Below are positions 57,662-64,000 of a DNA stretch of 64,000 nucleotides, one piece after another. The stretch is from the NCBI GenBank assembly GCA_003173865.1, contig PJMF01000012.1:8908-72907 (forward strand), written 5' to 3'. Origin of the DNA: Minisyncoccota bacterium. GTDB lineage: Bacteria > Patescibacteriota > Microgenomatia > UBA1400 > PJMF01. The number at the start of each line of letters is the position of its first letter. The stretch's first letter is position 1. Made by a program: the position numbers and the translations under genes. The notes under the pieces were generated by a model that was not told the DNA's origin, ran no database searches, and worked only from the letters and a program-made list of their open reading frames with translations.

Positions 57662-59294
57662 CATCCCTCACCACAATCTGCACATTTGTCTTGCCTTTCC
57701 ACTCATTGAGATCAATCTGGCCAGCAATTGAAACTTGTTGGCCAGGTTTAAGATTTTGAGCAAGCGCGCCTAAACCCCATCCAATACAGGAAACTTCGCG
57801 ACGCGAGTCATCCGCTTCACCTTGCAACTCCACTCTTAAGCGAAGATGTTTTGCTTTGCGCCCCATCGGCACAGCTTGGCGGATGATTGCCTGCGCGATG
57901 CCAAACACAGGTTCGCTGTTTTTTTGACCAAACGGCGCAAATTCTTGAATCGAATAAAAAGCATCGAGAGTAATCAATTCAGGAGCAATCATGCACTCGA
58001 CACTCACTCTCGGCTTGAGAAGTTCTACATCAATTTGTTCGCGCGCGATCGTGCGCAGCCTTGTTTTCACGAGCTCTACCTTGGCAGACAGTACACCAAA
58101 ACCTGCTGCCATTGGATGCCCACCAACTTCCAACAAATCATCTTTAACTAAACGCAGTAACTCCGTAATATTAATGCCGCCTACTGAACGAGCCGAAGCT
58201 TTGGATGTTTCGACCCCAAGCGAAATCGCAATTGCCGGTTTGTGAAACTGCTCCGCCAACTTTCCAGCAAGCAAACCAATCACTCCTTCGTGATATTCAG
58301 TCGAAACAACAATAATAATATGTTCGTTTTCCCACTCAGCGGCGTTGACCAATGCATGATCAATCATTTCATTCGTGAGGTCCTGGCGAGAAGCGTTCGT
58401 GTCATTTAGTTCATTAACGAGCGCATCTGCTTTTTCCAGATTTTTGGTGCAAAGCAAGCGCAGGGCATCCATGCCATGTTTAATTCGGCCCATCGCATTA
58501 ATTCGCGGCGCAATTGCATAATTGACTGAGTTAACACTTACTTGAGGAGTCTCAATATTGGCCTTTGCCAAGAGCAATTGAAGACCAACGCGCTGCGTTT
58601 CACGCAGCGCTGCCAAACCAAAACGCACAAACGAACGACTCACTCCCAGCATCTGCATCTGGTCGGCAATCGTAGCAATCGCAGTGAGATCGAGAGATGC
58701 CGCCGCCGCCTCTTCACTTAACTCTCGAGCTAGAAACCAAGCAACCGTCGAACCACACAACTGTGTCGAGTGCACAACCGCTAAAGCTTCCGGAAATGAG
58801 TTCTCACTTTCAGGCTGATGATGATCAGTCAAAATTGCGTCAATGCCTAATTTTTTTAGCTCAGCAAAAGCAGTGTGAGCTACGACACCGTTGTCCACCG
58901 TAATTAATAAATCTGGCTTTTTTTCTTCAAGCACCGCTTTGAGCGAGCGCAGTGACAAACCATATCCATGTTTTTCCCGACTAGGAATAAACGGGCGCGC
59001 AATAACTCCAAATTGCTTCAATCCTTCCCACAAAATAGCAGTCGCACAAATTCCATCTGCGTCGTAATCACCAAAAATGAGCACGTCTTCTTTGTTTTTT
59101 TTTGCCTGCTGCAGCCGCTGAATAGCTTTTTTCATTTGATCTGGATCTAAGCCAACCTGCTCCAAACTCAACTTCAGAGGATCAATCGGATCAAAAAAAA
59201 TTTCTTGATTCTCTATCTGGCGATTTTCTAGCAAAATGGCTTTAAGTTCATCAAGAGTTTGGGCAATTTGAGATGATTTAATTTTCCATTCCAT
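57618..59294 (-). CDS. recJ: Single-stranded-DNA-specific exonuclease RecJ
   Basis: DHH motifs (LIFGDYDADGICATAIL; DHH-associated DHHQ) and a C-terminal OB domain. ATG at 59294 has a GGAG Shine-Dalgarno; ATG at 59333 is an alternative. Confidence 0.85.
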   Translation of the reverse strand: MEWKIKSSQIAQTLDELKAILLENRQIENQEIFFDPIDPLKLSLEQVGLDPDQMKKAIQRLQQAKKNKEDVLIFGDYDADGICATAILWEGLKQFGVIARPFIPSREKHGYGLSLRSLKAVLEEKKPDLLITVDNGVVAHTAFAELKKLGIDAILTDHHQPESENSFPEALAVVHSTQLCGSTVAWFLARELSEEAAAASLDLTAIATIADQMQMLGVSRSFVRFGLAALRETQRVGLQLLLAKANIETPQVSVNSVNYAIAPRINAMGRIKHGMDALRLLCTKNLEKADALVNELNDTNASRQDLTNEMIDHALVNAAEWENEHIIIVVSTEYHEGVIGLLAGKLAEQFHKPAIAISLGVETSKASARSVGGINITELLRLVKDDLLEVGGHPMAAGFGVLSAKVELVKTRLRTIAREQIDVELLKPRVSVECMIAPELITLDAFYSIQEFAPFGQKNSEPVFGIAQAIIRQAVPMGRKAKHLRLRVELQGEADDSRREVSCIGWGLGALAQNLKPGQQVSIAGQIDLNEWKGKTNVQIVVRDVIFQDVQIRADNDH

Positions 59295-59413
59295 AATAAC
59301 TCCGTGTAGGGACAAGAGTATCTTATTTCCCATCTAAAAAAGCAATTAGGTTTTTGTTACGGATTCTTCTTTTCTCCGCTTTCTTCCCTTCAACTTTTCC
59401 TTATAATGACGTC

Positions 59414-60919
59414 ATGGACAAAGATCTGCGCATCAGCCAAGAAGCACTCTTTATTTTAGACACTTTAAAAAAAGCTGGATTTGACGCCTACATCGTTGGT
59501 GGAGCTGTCCGTGATTTGGTACGAGGTTTATCAACTGCCGACTATGACTTCACGACAAACGCTACTCCAGAGCAATTGCTGGCGCTTTTCCCAGAAAGTT
59601 TTTACGAAAATACTTTTGGCACCGTGAGCATTGCTCCAAAACATTTGCGCGAGATGATGGGCTTACCACCTCTTGAGGAAAAAAGCCCTTCAGAAACTCC
59701 GCCAAAAACAATCGATCTTTCTTCCGCCAGCAAAGTGCATGAATCTTTGCAGCTCCCCACGTTTTCAACTCCTGAAATGTACAACGACTCTAACTTTGAG
59801 ATTACTACCTATCGTTCAGAGGGAAAGTATGAAGATCATCGTCGCCCAACCGAGATTACTTGGGGAAAAAGTATCGAAGAAGATTTGAGTCGTCGTGATT
59901 TTACGATGAATGCCATGGCTCTTACTCTCGACGATCAAGATAATCCTCATATTTTGGATCCATATCACGGCCAAAAAGATCTTGAGCATCACTTCATTAG
60001 AACAGTTGGCGATCCAGCCGAACGCTTTGCTGAAGATGCATTGCGTATGTTACGTGCTGTTCGTTTTTCTGTACAACTCAACATGCAGATGACAGATGAA
60101 ATTTTTGCGGCCATTTCTGAACTCGCAGCTGACATCACGCACGTGAGTTGGGAGAGAATTCGCGATGAGTTTTTTAAGATGCTCAAAAGCGAATATCCTG
60201 CTGAAGCTATCGAACTTCTCGAAGAGACCGGTTTGCTTCATTATATTTTGCCAGAGCTGCGTGAAGGACAAGGAGTTGATCAGGCAGGACATCACACTAC
60301 TGACGTCTGGACGCACAGTCTCGATGCACTGCGGAACTGCCCTTCACCCGATCCGATTGTCCGTTTTGCCACGCTTCTGCATGATATTGCCAAACCGCGT
60401 ACTTTTCGGATTGATGATGCAGGCAAAATTACGTTTTATAACCATGAAATTATTGGCGCCCGGATTGCCAAGCAAATCGCGCAACGTTTTCGCTTGTCTA
60501 AACGTGATGTCGATCGCATCTTTGCACTTGTGAGGTATCACATGTTTTATTACCAACCTCACAACACCGATGCCGCCATTCGCCGCTTCATGCGCAAAGT
60601 GGGTCTGGAAAATGTGAACGACATTCTCGATCTGCGTGAAGGAGATCGTTTAGGCAGTGGCGCACGCAAAACGAGCTGGCGTCTCGAAGAAATGAAACAG
60701 CGGATGATCGAGCAACTTCATCAACCTTTTGCAGTGACTGATCTCGCGATTGATGGTAATGACTTAATGGAAACATATGGATTAAAACCGGGCCCGCAGA
60801 TTGGTCAAATTCTACAAACCCTTTTTGAAAAAGTACTCGATCAACCAGAGCTCAATGAGCGCGAAACGTTACTTGATGAAGCAAAAAAAGTATTAAACGA
60901 ACATCCTGATGCAGATTAA
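59414..60919 (+). CDS. cca: CCA-adding tRNA nucleotidyltransferase / poly(A) polymerase family with HD domain
   Basis: GGAVRDLL-type head motif (IVGGAVRDLVRG), RRDFTMNA, and an HD domain (LLHDIAKP). A TATAAT lies 6 nt upstream of ATG 59414; the 59354 start in the ORF track is a TTG. Confidence 0.85.
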   Translation: MDKDLRISQEALFILDTLKKAGFDAYIVGGAVRDLVRGLSTADYDFTTNATPEQLLALFPESFYENTFGTVSIAPKHLREMMGLPPLEEKSPSETPPKTIDLSSASKVHESLQLPTFSTPEMYNDSNFEITTYRSEGKYEDHRRPTEITWGKSIEEDLSRRDFTMNAMALTLDDQDNPHILDPYHGQKDLEHHFIRTVGDPAERFAEDALRMLRAVRFSVQLNMQMTDEIFAAISELAADITHVSWERIRDEFFKMLKSEYPAEAIELLEETGLLHYILPELREGQGVDQAGHHTTDVWTHSLDALRNCPSPDPIVRFATLLHDIAKPRTFRIDDAGKITFYNHEIIGARIAKQIAQRFRLSKRDVDRIFALVRYHMFYYQPHNTDAAIRRFMRKVGLENVNDILDLREGDRLGSGARKTSWRLEEMKQRMIEQLHQPFAVTDLAIDGNDLMETYGLKPGPQIGQILQTLFEKVLDQPELNERETLLDEAKKVLNEHPDAD

Positions 60920-61463
60920 ACCTTGGCAAGTTCTTAGCTCACGTGTTATTCACGAGACACCGTGGATTCAAGTTACCGAAGACGAGTGCCGATCAAGTGA
61001 TGGGAAAATTTTTACCTATACATATGTCAAACGCAAAGACGCTGGGCCAGTGATTATTGCGGAAGAAAACGATGGCAAAATTTGGTTAGTGCAGCAGTAT
61101 CGCCATCCTGTGCGACAAATTCTTTGGCAACTGCCTGCCGAAGGTAAAATGGAGGGAGAAAGTTGGGCAGATGCCGCGCAGCGCGGCATCGAAGAAGAAA
61201 TAGGCAAAACTGCTCATTCACTCGAAGATCTGGGTACTCTAGCAGTAGACCCTGGTGGATTAAATCAAGTTACGCACGTATTTCTGGCACGCGAGTTCCA
61301 CTCGATCCAAATTGAAAAATACCATCACGATGAAAACGAAGTTGAACATCTCAATATCGCTGCGTTTTCTCCTCAGGAAATTCGCGAAATGATGTTAGAT
61401 GGCAGAATTGCTGATAACTGGACGCTGGCCGCGTTGCATCTTTACGACTTGAAAAGAAGCTAA
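60909..61463 (+). CDS. Nudix hydrolase (ADP-ribose pyrophosphatase-like)
   Basis: Nudix box GKMEGESWADAAQRGIEEEIG. Confidence 0.8.
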   Translation: MQIKPWQVLSSRVIHETPWIQVTEDECRSSDGKIFTYTYVKRKDAGPVIIAEENDGKIWLVQQYRHPVRQILWQLPAEGKMEGESWADAAQRGIEEEIGKTAHSLEDLGTLAVDPGGLNQVTHVFLAREFHSIQIEKYHHDENEVEHLNIAAFSPQEIREMMLDGRIADNWTLAALHLYDLKRS

Positions 61464-61468
61464 TCAAG

Positions 61469-62365
61469 TCACTTTCTGTTTCTTTTTTTTAGCCAAGCAC
61501 GTACATCATCCCACAGCAAAAGCAGCGGTGCAGCAGTGAATGTCGACGAGTACGTTCCAGTGATTGCACCAACTAATAAAGCCACTGCAAACCAGCGAAT
61601 CGTTTCACCACCCAAAAGCACCAAAGTGGAGAGCATGATAATAATCGTCATTGAGTTATTAATCGATCGGCCTAACGTCTGCAGCACAGCACTATTCACG
61701 ATATCAACGAATGGTACATTGGAATGTTTTTTTACTGTTTCACGCACTCGATCGAAAACAATAATGGTGTCGTGGACAGAAAAAGATAAGATCGTCAAAA
61801 GAGCCGTCACGAACAACACATCGACTTCTACATTCCAAATTTTTCCCAACACCGCAAACACACTAATGACGATCCCTGCATCGTGACACATTGCTAATAC
61901 AGCCGCGACACCGTACTTCAAGTCATGAAATTGATTCCAGATATAAAGAATAATAATCATCACCACAACCGCACCCGCAACGAGCGTTTTTTGTAGTAAT
62001 TCCCGGCCAAGTAAAGGTCCAACTGTTTGGAACTGTAACTCTTTCACTTGCCCAATGCCTTTTTGCAAATTAGCCATGATGGTGTTTTTTTGTTCATTGG
62101 TAATCGGTTTTCCGCGTAAAGTTACTTGATCACTGGCGTTGTGTTGAACTGACACCAGTTCGTAGCTTGGACCAACTACTTTTTGCAAGTCTGACTGAGA
62201 CAAGCTGTTTTGTTGGGTGTTTTTTTCGATTTTAATTTCCAACATTGAGCCACCAGTAAAATCAATGGACGGCTTCAAACCGAAAAGCGCCAAACACATA
62301 AATCCCGGCAACAAAAAACACAGCGAAAAAACAAAGTAGAGATAGCGAAAACGCATAAAGTTCAT
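61469..62365 (-). CDS. secF: Protein translocase subunit SecF
   Basis: Six-TM SecF architecture with an N-terminal periplasmic loop. Lies downstream of secD. ATG at 62365; the 62380 start in the ORF track is a GTG. Confidence 0.85.
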   Translation of the reverse strand: MNFMRFRYLYFVFSLCFLLPGFMCLALFGLKPSIDFTGGSMLEIKIEKNTQQNSLSQSDLQKVVGPSYELVSVQHNASDQVTLRGKPITNEQKNTIMANLQKGIGQVKELQFQTVGPLLGRELLQKTLVAGAVVVMIIILYIWNQFHDLKYGVAAVLAMCHDAGIVISVFAVLGKIWNVEVDVLFVTALLTILSFSVHDTIIVFDRVRETVKKHSNVPFVDIVNSAVLQTLGRSINNSMTIIIMLSTLVLLGGETIRWFAVALLVGAITGTYSSTFTAAPLLLLWDDVRAWLKKRNRK

Positions 62366-62372
62366 AACTGCC

Positions 62373-63707
62373 TCACTCACCTTTCAAAAACAACTTCATC
62401 AGTGTTCGTGTCACGACCATACTGGTAAATAAACTAATGAGCACACCAATCAAGAGTGTTAAACCAAAACCACGGACCAAACCACTCGTATTAAGAAAAC
62501 TAAAATCAAGAGGATTAATTAACACCAATGAAATCAAAATAGTTGTCATGTTTGCGTCTTTGATGCTATTCCAGGCTCGTTGAAAACCAAGCTGCATCGC
62601 TTGCGTAAAACCTTTCCCCGCTCTTAATTCTTCCTTCATTCGCTCAAAAATTAAAATATTCGCGTCAACAGCCATACCAATCGTCAAAAGAAGACCAGCG
62701 ACGCCTGGTAAAGTTAACGTGACTCCCATCAATTTATAAATCGCCACGGTATAAATTGCGTAAAATACCAAGCTAATACTTGCCAGTAAACCTTTCCATC
62801 CATAGTTCGCAATCATAAAGAAAATAATAAATCCAAGACCAATCAGACCTGCGCGCAAACTTTGTTGTACTGATTCTTGACCCAAGCTTGCACCAATCGT
62901 CTGCTGCTCTAAAACCTCAATTGGTACTGGCAGCGCCCCTGCATTCAACTGAATACTCAGCTGCTTTGCTTGATCAAGTGTAAAACCACCCGTAATCACT
63001 GCCTGTCCATCAACAATTGCCGTATTAATTTTCGGCAGCATGACTGGGAAGTTATCTAAAAAGATTCCCAGAACTCGACCAATATTTCGCTGGGTAATGT
63101 CAGCAAACATTTGCCGCCCTTGATCATTGAACTCCATTGAAACTTCTGGCTGACCTGTCTTCGGATCAAAAGTCACTGCCGAACGCTTTAATTGTTTTCC
63201 TGTCAAGCCCGTCTCTTTGAATTGATTGAAAAAAGCAGTCGCAGAAACCGTTGCTTCTGCAGATGGTGAGGCATCTTGTAAACGGAAGTCGAGTAATGCG
63301 GTGGTCCCCAGCAACTGGAGCGCTTGTGAAGTGTCCTTAATTCCAGCCAGCTCAACTAAGATGCGATACTCGTCACCCGTTTGGGCTGTTTGCACCACTG
63401 GTTCACTGACTCCAAATAAGTCCACACGTCGCTGCACCACATCTTTGGCTGACTCAAGTGCTTGTTGACGATCACTTTGCGGAATATCTTTCATGTCCGC
63501 TTTGAGCACAACCTCCATGCCACCTTGAATATCGAGACCTTCTTTCAGATCGATGTCATTCGTGAGCTGCTTCCCTAATAAATTAAATTGAAAATTGGGG
63601 CGACGGAACGTGAGCTTTCCAACTGAAAACTCTTTCGGTAAGGCTAATAAGACGGCAAAAACCGTACTAATCAAAATTAAAAAAAACACTCTCAACGTCT
63701 GTCTCAT
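62373..63707 (-). CDS. secD: Protein translocase subunit SecD
   Basis: N-terminal TM, a large periplasmic domain and a C-terminal five-TM bundle. Adjacent to secF. Confidence 0.85.
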   Translation of the reverse strand: MRQTLRVFFLILISTVFAVLLALPKEFSVGKLTFRRPNFQFNLLGKQLTNDIDLKEGLDIQGGMEVVLKADMKDIPQSDRQQALESAKDVVQRRVDLFGVSEPVVQTAQTGDEYRILVELAGIKDTSQALQLLGTTALLDFRLQDASPSAEATVSATAFFNQFKETGLTGKQLKRSAVTFDPKTGQPEVSMEFNDQGRQMFADITQRNIGRVLGIFLDNFPVMLPKINTAIVDGQAVITGGFTLDQAKQLSIQLNAGALPVPIEVLEQQTIGASLGQESVQQSLRAGLIGLGFIIFFMIANYGWKGLLASISLVFYAIYTVAIYKLMGVTLTLPGVAGLLLTIGMAVDANILIFERMKEELRAGKGFTQAMQLGFQRAWNSIKDANMTTILISLVLINPLDFSFLNTSGLVRGFGLTLLIGVLISLFTSMVVTRTLMKLFLKGE

Positions 63708-63715
63708 GAGATTTC

Positions 63716-64000
63716 CTATACTCCAATGTTCGGGGCTTTCCGCTCGACTAAGTCTTCTTCATTACCGACGATCATAATGCGCGTCCCATAAAGCACTTCC
63801 ATTAAAAACGGGTCGCGACGTTGTTTACGAAACTCAAACTCTTCGTCACCTAAAACGGTGTAGTTAATTTCTCGGCCTCGCTTTTGCTCTTCTTCCTTCA
63901 TGATTGCTTCGAGCTCAGCTAAAACAATGTCTCCCACAATCAATACGTCTACCTCACTGCGATGAGATTGATCAGTCCGAACGAATTTACCAGTAAACAT
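63716..64000 (-). CDS. Nucleotidyltransferase-domain (MNT-like) protein, partial (N-terminus beyond window end)
   Basis: SEVDVLIVGD (DxD-like) and a C-terminal EEFEFRKQRRDPFLMEVLYGTRI resemble minimal nucleotidyltransferases. The ORF runs to the window edge. Confidence 0.35.
   Translation of the reverse strand: MFTGKFVRTDQSHRSEVDVLIVGDIVLAELEAIMKEEEQKRGREINYTVLGDEEFEFRKQRRDPFLMEVLYGTRIMIVGNEEDLVERKAPNIGV

Noticed and set aside
48300-57700. Genomic island, prophage or integrative element carrying the accessory cluster
   Set aside because: No integrase, transposase or flanking direct repeats. No inverted repeats and no adjacent tRNA, and base composition is not obviously different. The duplicated promoter-terminator modules are direct, not inverted. 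Treated as a native accessory operon region rather than a mobile element.
59354-59413. Longer N-terminus for cca starting at 59354
   Set aside because: It begins with TTG and encodes a hydrophobic leader absent from CCA enzymes. The ATG at 59414 aligns with the conserved start of the head domain and has a -10 just upstream.
1-64000. CRISPR arrays, rRNA genes, transposases and integrases
   Set aside because: Scanned for regularly spaced direct repeats, 16S/23S-like conserved stretches, and DDE or tyrosine-recombinase motifs in all ORFs. None were found.

Overview
Low-GC, tightly packed bacterial window. It reads like a reduced-genome, CPR-like organism using the standard genetic code. There are many ATGA start/stop overlaps and several apparently leaderless genes. 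Content from start to end:

- **1-8.4 kb: nucleotide-sugar and glycosylation cluster.** UDP-glucose dehydrogenase C-terminus, an Rmd-like reductase, Gmd, two Dpm1-like GT2 enzymes and three GT-C-like membrane proteins.
- **8.4-18.2 kb.** An orphan OmpR-family response regulator, tRNA-Gln(CTG), an IMPase-family protein, a SAM methyltransferase and an atypical kinase-like protein. Also a phosphodiester glycosidase, a YdjC-family deacetylase, a two-gene flavin module (flavinylated FMN-binding secreted protein plus membrane FNR-like oxidoreductase) and a DUF975-family membrane protein.
- **18-31.9 kb: carbon and nucleotide metabolism.** glgP-type phosphorylase, eno, gpmI, gnd, zwf and pgl, a two-component pair (histidine kinase plus response regulator) and an M29 aminopeptidase. 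A class I RNR follows: nrdA without an ATP cone and nrdB carrying an N-terminal ATP cone, preceded by a probable cobalamin riboswitch.
- **31.9-48.3 kb: information and cell-envelope genes.** rdgB, ybaB, dnaX, ybeY, gltX, a dacC-like carboxypeptidase and aspS with a possible T-box leader. Then nadC with a 5'-truncated nadA, and glyS with a clear T-box leader.
- **48.3-57.7 kb: accessory-looking region.** Two near-identical promoter / small-ORF / terminator modules bracket an 897-aa protein of unknown function and an M20 peptidase. A convergent operon on the minus strand encodes a plant-type glutamate-cysteine ligase, an enolase-superfamily epimerase and a C26/GATase1-like hydrolase. Two further unknown proteins follow.
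- **57.6-64 kb.** recJ, cca, a Nudix hydrolase, secF, secD and a partial MNT-like nucleotidyltransferase.

No CRISPR array, rRNA, integrase or transposase was recognised.
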